Of a stretch of 33,110 bases of DNA, positions 8,867 to 16,363 are shown piece by piece (position 1 is the first letter of the stretch; every line of letters starts with the position of its first letter). Origin of the DNA: Bacillota bacterium (GTDB lineage Bacteria > Bacillota > Limnochordia > JAAZLZ01); NCBI GenBank assembly GCA_012799075.1, contig JAAZLZ010000138.1, positions 1 through 33,110 of the forward strand. The letters are read 5' to 3'. Under the pieces are notes generated by a model. It was not told the DNA's origin and did not search any database. It worked only from the letters and a program-made list of their open reading frames with translations. The translations under genes were made by a program, and so were the position numbers.

Positions 8867-8895
8867 ATTATACTAGGATTTCCAAACCTAGTCAA
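8867..8895 (-). promoter_or_regulatory. Sigma-A promoter of abrB (TTGACT-N17-TATAAT) enclosing an inverted repeat
   Basis: The minus strand reads TTGACT (8895-8890), a 17-nt spacer AGGTTTGGAAATCCTAG, then TATAAT (8872-8867). With the last two bases (CT) of the -35 hexamer, the spacer forms the inverted repeat CTAGG-N9-CCTAG. Confidence 0.6.
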
Positions 8896-8916
8896 TGAAA
8901 ATGAGGTGTGTAGATA

Positions 8917-9687
8917 TTGGAGCTGGTTATCATCGGCAATTCCTCCCCCTTCCCCGGGGCCCAAGGGGCCTGTCCCGGCTACCTAATCCGCGGCGAAGGG
9001 GCTAACATCCTCCTTGATTGTGGTCCGGGGACAGCAGCCGGCCTGCAGGAGTTTTGCCCTGTGGAAGAATTGACCGGGGTGATCCTATCCCATCTTCACC
9101 CCGACCACTCATCCGATCTGTTTGTGTTGGGGTTTGCCATGGGCTTAGCCCGCCGGGAAGGCCGACTGCCAGAACCAATCCCCCTCTACCTGCCCCCAGG
9201 CAACACGGAGCGGCTTGCGGCCCTTTGCGAGGCCTTCGGCAATTTGATGGGTTTTTACCGGGAGGGGTTCTTGTTCCGGGAATATGGGGAGGGCTCCCCT
9301 GCCATCGGACCCTTCCGCTGCAGTTTCACCCCTGCCCAGCACAACATGGAGGCCCACCTGGTGAAGATCAGTGCTGGCGATCGGATCCTAACCTACTCGG
9401 GCGATACAGGCTTTGACCTTAAGCTTACGGACTTCCTCGCGGGGACTGACCTTTTTCTTTGTGAGGCTACCTTAGAGCCGGAAGAACAGAAGGAGCCTTC
9501 TTCCCACTTGACCGCGGAACAAGCGGGCCTCTTGGCCGCCAAAGCCGGCGTGGACCGCCTGCTCCTCACCCACTTTCGTCCGGGAGCCGATCTGGACAAG
9601 AAAAAGAGGGATGCGGCCCGCAGTTTCTCCGGTCCCATCGATATTGCTCTTCCAGGGCAGCGATACCGGGTGGAAACGACGCGCTGA
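8917..9687 (+). CDS. MBL-fold metallo-hydrolase
   Basis: The HxHxDH motif is present as LSHLHPDHSSDL, with downstream YSGDTG and LTHF motifs. Apparent TTG start. Confidence 0.8.
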   Translation: MELVIIGNSSPFPGAQGACPGYLIRGEGANILLDCGPGTAAGLQEFCPVEELTGVILSHLHPDHSSDLFVLGFAMGLARREGRLPEPIPLYLPPGNTERLAALCEAFGNLMGFYREGFLFREYGEGSPAIGPFRCSFTPAQHNMEAHLVKISAGDRILTYSGDTGFDLKLTDFLAGTDLFLCEATLEPEEQKEPSSHLTAEQAGLLAAKAGVDRLLLTHFRPGADLDKKKRDAARSFSGPIDIALPGQRYRVETTR

Positions 9688-9717
9688 TCCTGCGCCCGAA
9701 TGGCCCTCCCTGATTTC

Positions 9718-10422
9718 CTACAGGCCCGGGAGGGCTTCTTTGATGAACAGCGGCTTATTCATGATGGGGTCCCCTGACATGATGGGATCACCCGACATGA
9801 TCGGGTCGCCAGACATGATGGGGCTCATGGGAATGGGCCCGTGGATCCCATCGATGAACAACCTCACATCAGCTCCATTTTGCAAAATCACCGTCCACCC
9901 ATCCTGCCCGTTTTCAAAACCCCCATTGACCAGCAGTTCCTCACCGGTGGATGCTGCTTTCAGGGATGCATCATCAACCCAGAACCGGCCTTTTGCATTT
10001 CCATCAAGGAAGACGTAGATGCCCACGTAGTCTTCTTTGGCAGTAAACCGAACAAAGCGTCTCTCCCATCCCCGCTCCCGAACCGGCCGACCATCCTGAT
10101 CCAAGTCGGCCTGGTCGAGGCAAAGATGGGGCTCTACCCCCGCGCCTGTTAGGCCTATGTTTACCTTCAGCTCTCCGACTGTCCGCACCCAGATGCCAAA
10201 TTCGTACTCGACGTCCCTATCGACTTTGACCCTTTGGGCTATCCTGCAGCCAACATCATCCCTGTCCGATGCAAATGCAGCCGCTGCCTCGCCGCTTTTA
10301 ACATAAGCAAACCCAATGACGGGCGATTCCACCTTGATGTCTTGTTTGAGCAAAGGACCAGCCTTAGCTGGCCAAACCGCCGCCAAACACAATATCCAGC
10401 CTAAAACCGTCAGCTTCCTCAT
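9718..10422 (-). CDS. Secreted protein with a CBM4_9-like carbohydrate-binding module and C-terminal SGDPIM hexapeptide repeats
   Basis: Signal peptide MRKLTVLGWILCLAAVWPAKA. The RBS GAGGAGGGAG ends 3 nt upstream of the ATG, an unusually short spacing. FWVDDASL is a typical CBM C-terminal strand, and LLVNGGFENGQDGW is a typical CBM4_9 N-terminal motif. The protein ends in MSPIMSGDPIMSGDPIMSGDPIM. Confidence 0.7.
   Translation of the reverse strand: MRKLTVLGWILCLAAVWPAKAGPLLKQDIKVESPVIGFAYVKSGEAAAAFASDRDDVGCRIAQRVKVDRDVEYEFGIWVRTVGELKVNIGLTGAGVEPHLCLDQADLDQDGRPVRERGWERRFVRFTAKEDYVGIYVFLDGNAKGRFWVDDASLKAASTGEELLVNGGFENGQDGWTVILQNGADVRLFIDGIHGPIPMSPIMSGDPIMSGDPIMSGDPIMNKPLFIKEALPGL
9760..9831 (-). 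repeat. 18-bp in-frame tandem repeat (3 full copies plus 1 partial) encoding SGDPIM
   Basis: Units are at 9760-9777, 9778-9795 and 9796-9813, with a partial fourth. Copies differ only at codon third positions (TCA/TCG/TCT, GGG/GGT/GGC, GAC/GAT, CCC/CCG). Confidence 0.9.
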
Positions 10423-10760
10423 CGTCTCCCTCCTCTGACACCAGAAATTTAGCCGATCTGCCGGATGATTCCTTTATTTTAAAAGAAGACAAACAATATT
10501 TTATTGGGGTAGATCCTACTCTTTGTTGAGCTGCGCTGGGAACCCTTGCGATCAGATAAATTCTGGGGTATGATATTAATAGCAAGCAAAAGCACATAAT
10601 TCCTGCCAATTATGGCCTACCCTCAAGTAGAGGCTCTAGCTTCTAATCCAACTTTCGTCCCAAGAGGGCTCTTTTGGGCCGGTACTAAAGAAGTCTACGG
10701 TACAGTAACATATAATACGGGCAAAGGGAATCGTACATAAATTGAAGGGAGGTGTCTAGT

Positions 10761-11024
10761 GTGGGTTGGATCACCATCCTTATTGTTGGTGCGATTCTCG
10801 GTTGGATTAGTGAAGCGTATCTAGTGAAACGGGAGTATCCCGGTCAGTTGTGGGGTGCAATTATCGCTGGTATTGTCGGTGCCTGGATCGGCGGCAAGTA
10901 TCTTGGCGTTTGGGGCTGGATGCTAGGCGGGGTTAATGTGATCGGCAGTGCGATTGTAGCGTTGATCTTGAGCTATGTCGTTGGTTTGTTTGGCGAAGAG
11001 GCCGCCGAAGAGAAAACCAAGTGA
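10761..11024 (+). CDS. GlsB/YeaQ/YmgE-family transglycosylase-associated small membrane protein
   Basis: (M)GWITILIVGAILGWISE... with glycine-zipper-rich transmembrane segments (GAIIAGIVGAWIGG). The GTG at 10761 lies 8 nt after GGGAGG; the alternative GTG at 10752 overlaps the RBS. Confidence 0.75.
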   Translation: MGWITILIVGAILGWISEAYLVKREYPGQLWGAIIAGIVGAWIGGKYLGVWGWMLGGVNVIGSAIVALILSYVVGLFGEEAAEEKTK

Positions 11025-11030
11025 TACTCC

Positions 11031-11059
11031 TTGACAGGGGGCGGATGATCGGCTATATT
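11031..11059 (+). promoter_or_regulatory. Sigma-A promoter of the metG T-box leader (TTGACA-N17-TATATT)
   Basis: Exact TTGACA at 11031-11036, a 17-nt spacer, then TATATT at 11054-11059. Confidence 0.6.
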
Positions 11060-11094
11060 TGGGACGGAAAAGGATTTAAAATCCCAAGCATCTA

Positions 11095-11370
11095 GCTGAA
11101 AGCGATGCGGGGGAGGAGTAGGCAGGCTGGATGGTTCTAGAGAGCCGGGTTAGGTGCAAGCCGGTGCCAAAGGTCTGCTGAAGATGGCCCCCAAGCTGCA
11201 GGCTGAAATCTCAAGTAGGCCGTGCCGGTAGACCCCCTGGGTCGTGCACCCGTTAACGTGCTAGGGTATTGATAAAGTACCCGAAGAGGCCATTGCCGCG
11301 AGGTGATGGCAAAGCAGGGTGGTACCGCGTGTAACCCTTCGCCCCTGTAATGGGGCGGAGGGTTTATTTT
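11095..11370 (+). promoter_or_regulatory. T-box riboswitch leader (Met specifier) controlling metG
   Basis: Conserved T-box sequence AGCAGGGTGGTACCGCG at 11312-11328. Stem I elements are present: an AGAGAG bulge (~11139) and a GGTGCAA distal loop (~11153). The candidate specifier is GAAG-ATG-G with AUG at 11184-11186. A terminator hairpin follows, and the downstream gene is metG. Confidence 0.85.
11333..11370 (+). terminator. Intrinsic terminator (attenuator) of the T-box leader
   Basis: AACCCTTCGCCCC-TGTAAT-GGGGCGGAGGGTT forms a 13-bp stem, followed by TATTTT. Its 5' arm begins two nt downstream of the T-box motif (which ends at 11328), as expected for the antiterminator/terminator alternative. 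Confidence 0.85.
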
Positions 11371-11390
11371 AATTGGAGGAGGCTTTCGCT

Positions 11391-13295
11391 TTGGGTAAGA
11401 ACACCTTCTACATCACCACACCCATCTACTATCCCAGTGATAAGCTGCATATCGGCCATGCTTACACTACCGTGGCTGCCGATGCCATCGCCCGCTACCA
11501 TCGGCTGAACGGCAAAGACGTCTTTTTTCTGACGGGCTCCGATGAGCACGGTCAGAAGATTGAGCGGGTCGCCAAAGAGCGGGGCAAGACCCCCAAAGAG
11601 TATGTGGATGGCATCGTCAAGGGTTTCCAGGATCTTTGGCAGAAGCTGGACATTTCCTACGATGATTTCGTCCGCACCACGGAAGAGCGCCACTACCGGG
11701 TGGTCCAGGACATCTTCCGGGAGATTTACGAGAAGGGGGATATCTACAAAGGGGAGTACAAAGGTTGGTACTGCACCCCTTGTGAGACCTTCTTCCCGGA
11801 AACCCGCCTGGTCGACGGCAACTGCCCTGACTGCGGCAGACCGGTGGAAGTACTGCAGGAGGAAAGCTATTTCTTCCGGATGTCCAAGTACGCGGATCGT
11901 TTGCTGCAGCACATCGAAGCCAACCCGGAGTTCATCCAGCCGACAAGCAGGCGCAATGAAATGGTCCAGTTCATCAAGGGTGGGCTTGAGGATCTGTGCG
12001 TTTCCCGCACCACCTTTGACTGGGGCATCCCTGTACCCATCGAAGAAGGCCACGTTATCTACGTTTGGTTCGATGCCTTGACCAACTACCTGACGGGCAT
12101 CGGCTACTTGGATGACAAAGAGATGTTCCAGAAGTACTGGCCGGCAGATGTCCACTTAGTTGGGAAGGAAATCGTTCGCTTCCACAGCATCATCTGGCCC
12201 ATCATCCTGATGGCCGCGGGTTTGGAATTGCCCAAGAAGGTTTACGGCCATGGCTGGCTGCTCTTTGACAGCGACAAGATGTCCAAATCCAAGGGAAATG
12301 TGGTCGATCCGGTGGTCCTCATCGATCAGTTCGGGGTGGACGCGATTCGCTACTTCCTCCTCCGGGAGATCTCCTTTGGCTCCGACGGCAACTTCTCTTG
12401 GGAGGCCCTCGTTGGCAGGATCAATGCCGATCTGGCCAACGATCTTGGCAACTTAGTCCACCGCAGCTCGGCCATGATGAAGAAATACTATAAAGGCGTT
12501 GTGCCCGAGCCGGGACCGGAGCGCCCCTTAGATGCGGCCCTCCGGGAGGATGCAGCCAATACCCGGAGGAAGCTCGTCTCACTGATGGAGGAGCTGGATT
12601 TGAGCACCGCCCTGGCCACCATCTGGCGGTTCATCGGCTCGGTCAACAAGTACATCGACGAGGCGGCTCCTTGGGCCCTGGCCAGGGATGAGTCCAAAGG
12701 GGACGAGCTGGCCAGGGTCATGTACAACCTAGCCGAGTCCCTCCGGGTGATCTCCCTGTTTATCTACCCCTTTATTCCCTCCACTGCGAAGGAGATTTGG
12801 GCCCGGTTGGGCTTGGATGATGAACTAACGGATCACTTGCTCGGGCAGGCCCGCTGGGGCGAGATGCCGCCAGGCACCGTCATCCGTCCGGGAAGCCCCT
12901 TGTTCCCTCGGATTGAAGACGAAAAACCTCCGGCCAAGGCCCCTGAGGCTCCCCAGAAGGAAGCCATTCCTGAGGTTGCCATCGATGAGTTCGCCCGGAT
13001 GGACATACGCCTTGCCCGGGTCCTCGAGGCGGACAGGATTGCTGGCGCTGACAAGCTGCTGAAGCTCAAGGTGGACTTAGGCGGCGAAGAAAGACAGATC
13101 GTTGCCGGGCTGGCCCAGCATTATCGACCGGAGGAGCTGGTGGGCAAGGATGTGGCCTTGCTGGCCAACCTAAAGCCCACAACGATCCGGGGAGAGCTCT
13201 CCCAGGGGATGGTCTTGGCCGCAGCGGCCAAGGATGGACGGGTGCGAATCCTGACGGTGGATGAGGAGATGCCTGCGGGGTCCAAGATAAGATGA
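11391..13295 (+). CDS. metG: Methionine--tRNA ligase with C-terminal tRNA-binding (EMAP/Trbp111-like) domain
   Basis: PIYYPSDKLHIGHAYT (HIGH motif), KMSKS at ~12280, and a CTPCETF...CPDCG zinc knuckle. The C-terminal FARMDIRLARVLEA...KLLKLKVDLG is a tRNA-binding domain. The TTG at 11391 follows GGAGGAGG at 11375-11382; the track start at 11373 overlaps the RBS. Confidence 0.93.
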   Translation: MGKNTFYITTPIYYPSDKLHIGHAYTTVAADAIARYHRLNGKDVFFLTGSDEHGQKIERVAKERGKTPKEYVDGIVKGFQDLWQKLDISYDDFVRTTEERHYRVVQDIFREIYEKGDIYKGEYKGWYCTPCETFFPETRLVDGNCPDCGRPVEVLQEESYFFRMSKYADRLLQHIEANPEFIQPTSRRNEMVQFIKGGLEDLCVSRTTFDWGIPVPIEEGHVIYVWFDALTNYLTGIGYLDDKEMFQKYWPADVHLVGKEIVRFHSIIWPIILMAAGLELPKKVYGHGWLLFDSDKMSKSKGNVVDPVVLIDQFGVDAIRYFLLREISFGSDGNFSWEALVGRINADLANDLGNLVHRSSAMMKKYYKGVVPEPGPERPLDAALREDAANTRRKLVSLMEELDLSTALATIWRFIGSVNKYIDEAAPWALARDESKGDELARVMYNLAESLRVISLFIYPFIPSTAKEIWARLGLDDELTDHLLGQARWGEMPPGTVIRPGSPLFPRIEDEKPPAKAPEAPQKEAIPEVAIDEFARMDIRLARVLEADRIAGADKLLKLKVDLGGEERQIVAGLAQHYRPEELVGKDVALLANLKPTTIRGELSQGMVLAAAAKDGRVRILTVDEEMPAGSKIR

Positions 13296-14083
13296 TCAGG
13301 CTGATCGATACCCATGCACACCTGACCCACGAAGACTATCAGGGGGAACTAGATGCAGTCATGGCGCGGGCCCGCGAGGCGGGGGTGGAGCGGATCATAA
13401 CCGTTGGGTATGATCTGCCCTCCTCCATCGAGGGCCTGCGGCTGGCTTCCCTTTATCCGGGGGTATACGCGGCGATTGGGATCCATCCCCATGACGCCTC
13501 GACGACTACCCCCGATGCCCTTGGGGAGCTGGCCCGGCTTTGCACCTCGCCCCGGGTGGTTGCCATTGGGGAGACCGGTCTTGATTACTACTACGACAAT
13601 TCTCCCCGACAGGTGCAGATAGAGTCTTTCCGCGAGCACATCCGCTTTGCTCAAAGGCTGGATTTGCCGGTGATCATCCATAGCCGGGATGCCCATGCCG
13701 ATACCTTGACGGTCCTGCGGGAAGAAAACATCCAGCGGACGGGGGGAGTGCTCCATTGTTTTTCCGGAAGCCTGGAGATGGCCCAGGAGGCTATGGAAAT
13801 GGGGCTTTTCATCTCCTTTGCCGGCCCTTTGACCTTCACCAACGCCCGGCGTTTACTGACCGTTGCCCAGGGGATCCCCCTTGACCGGCTCCTGGTGGAA
13901 ACAGACTCCCCGTACCTTACCCCGGTGCCCCATCGGGGCAAGCGAAATGAACCGGGCCATGTATCGTTGGTGGCTGCTCGCTTAGCGGAGCTAAAGGGCA
14001 TTCCCCTGGAAGAATTGGCGCCGATCCTTTGGGCCAACTCCCAAGCTGCGTTTCCTTGGGAAGGGAGGAAGATTAATGGCTAA
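13292..14083 (+). CDS. tatD: TatD-family metal-dependent hydrolase/DNase
   Basis: LIDTHAHL, AIGETGLDYYY, IHSRDA, HCFSG and ETDSPYL motifs. The start overlaps the metG stop in an ATGA. Confidence 0.92.
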   Translation: MIRLIDTHAHLTHEDYQGELDAVMARAREAGVERIITVGYDLPSSIEGLRLASLYPGVYAAIGIHPHDASTTTPDALGELARLCTSPRVVAIGETGLDYYYDNSPRQVQIESFREHIRFAQRLDLPVIIHSRDAHADTLTVLREENIQRTGGVLHCFSGSLEMAQEAMEMGLFISFAGPLTFTNARRLLTVAQGIPLDRLLVETDSPYLTPVPHRGKRNEPGHVSLVAARLAELKGIPLEELAPILWANSQAAFPWEGRKING

Positions 14084-14897
14084 GATTAGGCTAATTGCCA
14101 TGGACATGGATGGTACGCTTTTAAACAGCGACAAGGAAGTGACTCCGGCGACGAAGGAAGCCATCGGCCTGGTGAAGGAACGGGGCGTGCAGGTGACCTT
14201 TGCGACGGGCAGGATGTTTTCAGCCGCCGTCTATTACGCCCGAGAGCTGGGCATTGATATGCCCATGATCAACTACAATGGGGCCCTGATCAAAGAGCCC
14301 AATCGGCGCATTTGGCGCTATTTCCCCTTGGAAGTTCCCGTTGCCACCAAGGTTTTGGAGATCGCCGCTAGGCATGATGTCTACTCCAAGGCTTATGTGA
14401 AGGATATCTTGTATTGTGATCGGGGATGGGAAAAGTCCAAAGCCTTTGCCCGGCGCTTCCGGGTGGCCGCGGAGTTGGTGGAGGATGTGGCCCGCATCCC
14501 GGCCCGGGTCGGCCCTCCGAGCATGATTGTGATCATCGAGGAGCCGGAAGTCTTGGCCCAGGTGGAATCATCCCTCCTCGAGGAGCTTGGGGATGCCGTT
14601 TTCATCACCCGCTCCCGGGCAGACTCCCTGGAGATAATCCACCCCCAAGCCTCCAAAGGCAGGGCCCTCCTCTGGCTGGCCCAGCAAATGGGCATCGACC
14701 CTGAGGAGATCCTGACCATTGGGGACAGCCATAATGATCTGGACCTCCTCAAAGTTGCCGGGGTTGCTGTAGCCATGGGGAATGCTGAACAGGTGCTGAA
14801 GGACAAGGCCGATTTCATCACTCGGGACTGCGATCAGGACGGGGTGGCCGTCGCCCTCCGAAAGTATGTCTTAGATGACCAGGTCGATGCTGGATGA
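14076..14897 (+). CDS. Cof-type HAD-IIB family hydrolase (sugar-phosphate phosphatase-like)
   Basis: IAMDMDGTLL (HAD motif I), TFATGR, and GDSHNDLDLL...VAMGNA (motifs III/IV). 8-nt overlap with tatD. Confidence 0.88.
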   Translation: MAKIRLIAMDMDGTLLNSDKEVTPATKEAIGLVKERGVQVTFATGRMFSAAVYYARELGIDMPMINYNGALIKEPNRRIWRYFPLEVPVATKVLEIAARHDVYSKAYVKDILYCDRGWEKSKAFARRFRVAAELVEDVARIPARVGPPSMIVIIEEPEVLAQVESSLLEELGDAVFITRSRADSLEIIHPQASKGRALLWLAQQMGIDPEEILTIGDSHNDLDLLKVAGVAVAMGNAEQVLKDKADFITRDCDQDGVAVALRKYVLDDQVDAG

Positions 14898-15854
14898 ATC
14901 GCCGATGTTCAGCACGGTATGGATCCCATTGACTAACGCCCGCTCGCCGATTAGGGATGCATCCAGGAGGATGTTTTCCACCCGGGCCCCTTTGTTGACA
15001 ATGGTGTTGCGGATGATGGACGATGAGATGTGGGCCCCCTCTGCAATGGAAACATAAGGACCGATGATGGAGCTTTCGATTTGGGCGGCGGGATCGATCC
15101 AGACCGGGGGAATGATGATGGACCCGGGGATCTGAACCTCTTGGCCCAATCGCTCAAGCAGAACCTTGTTAGTGCTGAGGAGCGTAGCCGGGGAGCCGCA
15201 ATCGAACCAATCGAAAACGGGGAAGGCTTTCATGACCTCGCCTTCCTCCAGCATCAACTGGAGGGCGTCCGTCAGCTGGTATTCCCCCTTGGAGCGAATA
15301 TCCTCCCGGATGATTTTCTCCAGGCACTCCATCAGCAAGGGGGGATGTTGAATGTAGTAGACCCCGATAACCGCCAGGTTGCTTGGGGGATTGACGGGCT
15401 TTTCCACCAGCCGGGTGATGTGCCCGTTTTTGATTTCAACGACCCCGAAGTTTTGTGGATTGGAGACTTCTTTAACGCCGATGGCCGTCACTTGGGCCTG
15501 GATTACCGCCTCCAAATCCCCGGAGAAAAGGGTGTCCCCCAAAACGATGAGGAAAGGTTCATTCGTCGGACCGATGGATCGGACAGCCAGGTAGATGGCA
15601 TGGCCTAGACCCTTGCGTTCTTCTTGTTCAACGAAATGGACTTGGAAAGAGTAGTTTTCCCGCACATAGTCGATGATTTGATCGCCCAAGTAGCCAACGA
15701 CGAGGACGACCTCCGTCACCCCGATGGGCTCTAGGGAGTCGAGGATATGGCCTAGGATCGGCTTTCCGGCCACGTGAACCAGGGCTTTGGGAACGGTATG
15801 GGTCTGGGGTCTAAGCCGGGTGCCGATGCCGGCCACAGGGATAATGACTTTCAA
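14871..15854 (-). CDS. Sugar-1-phosphate nucleotidyltransferase (RmlA/GlmU-like) with C-terminal left-handed beta-helix
   Basis: (M)KVIIPVAGIGTRLRPQTHTVPKALVHVAGKPIL is the NTP-transferase signature. The C-terminal hexapeptide-like repeats are IGPYVSIAEGAHISSSIIRNTIVNKGARVEN. The start is probably the TTG at 15854 (GGGGAGG upstream) or the ATG at 15875. The track extension to 15974 has no support. Confidence 0.82.
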   Translation of the reverse strand: MKVIIPVAGIGTRLRPQTHTVPKALVHVAGKPILGHILDSLEPIGVTEVVLVVGYLGDQIIDYVRENYSFQVHFVEQEERKGLGHAIYLAVRSIGPTNEPFLIVLGDTLFSGDLEAVIQAQVTAIGVKEVSNPQNFGVVEIKNGHITRLVEKPVNPPSNLAVIGVYYIQHPPLLMECLEKIIREDIRSKGEYQLTDALQLMLEEGEVMKAFPVFDWFDCGSPATLLSTNKVLLERLGQEVQIPGSIIIPPVWIDPAAQIESSIIGPYVSIAEGAHISSSIIRNTIVNKGARVENILLDASLIGERALVNGIHTVLNIGDSSSIDLVI

Positions 15855-16139
15855 TTCAGCAATACCTCCCCGCATTAGCGCGTCACAGGTTGTGTTTCGC
15901 TTTGCGGGGCCTTGTTTCCTCCACAAAAAGGAGGCTGACAAAGAGGTCGAGTGGGTAGACAAGTTGCTCGGCAACTTACAGCAGTACCTTTTGGCGAAGG
16001 ATCCTGCTGTTCGAACCTATCGGTTCGGGTCCAGGCCAAAGGACGTTGGTCAGCCTCCAAGAGGATTATGTGCAGGGAAGGCCTCCTTTAAACAGGTACA
16101 TTTTACCACCAAGATGAACAAAGGTTCAAAACCTTCCCC

Positions 16140-16168
16140 TTGACACGCTCCGCACCCTCTTATATACT
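16140..16168 (+). promoter_or_regulatory. Sigma-A promoter (TTGACA-N17-TATACT) of the ABC/radical-SAM operon
   Basis: Exact TTGACA at 16140-16145, a 17-nt spacer, then TATACT at 16163-16168. Confidence 0.6.
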
Positions 16169-16248
16169 GACCTTGAACCAGCATTTCTGTTAAAACTTGC
16201 CATAATGACCTTCGACCTGCCCTTTCTAAGGTGCCTTCACTATGAAAC

Positions 16249-16363
16249 TGCAGGCGGCAGGGTATAACTGGAAACGGTTATGCCTCCCGTGTGGAAAGGA
16301 GGTTGGGCCTTGCCTCGCGAAAGTTGGGCCACTTTCCACTCTCCAGCGGAAAGTGGCTTTTGT
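16249..16363 (+). promoter_or_regulatory. Structured 5' leader: overlapping hairpins, an SD-sequestering helix and a terminator-like hairpin (unclassified cis-regulatory RNA candidate)
   Basis: GGTATAAC/GTTATGCC helix at 16261-16284. CCTCC (16283-16287) can pair with the SD GGAGG (16298-16302). GCCACTTTCC-N10-GGAAAGTGGC is a perfect 10-bp stem at 16328-16357, followed by TTTTGTTG. Confidence 0.4.

Noticed and set aside
9703-9742. A possible bidirectional terminator (GCCCTCCC-N17-GGGAGGGC followed by TTCTTTG) between the MBL hydrolase gene and the secreted-protein gene.
   Set aside because: The loop is 17 nt, the T-tract is weak, and the right arm lies inside the coding sequence of the minus-strand gene. 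That is not enough to call it.
9760-9831. A CRISPR-like or minisatellite repeat array.
   Set aside because: The units are 18 bp, contiguous with no spacers, and in frame inside a coding region. It is a coding tandem repeat.
11364-12155. Long antisense ORFs in the six-frame track. Examples are 11364-12155(-) opposite metG, 4040-4579(-) opposite the R3H ATPase, 16922-17560(-), 24997-25488(-), 13349-13756(-), 15030-15608(+), 30058-30627(+) and 9611-10018(+).
   Set aside because: Each lies fully opposite a gene with unmistakable family motifs. Each has a Gly/Arg/Pro-rich composition typical of antisense frames in GC-rich DNA and lacks a convincing RBS.
16100-16200. Fur boxes (GATAATGATAATCATTATC-like) upstream of the iron-type operons at ~16.1 kb, ~23.9 kb, ~25.8 kb and ~30.6 kb.
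   Set aside because: Only fragments such as CATAATGA at ~16201 were seen, with no 15-19-bp palindromic match. The feoA upstream region lies outside the window.
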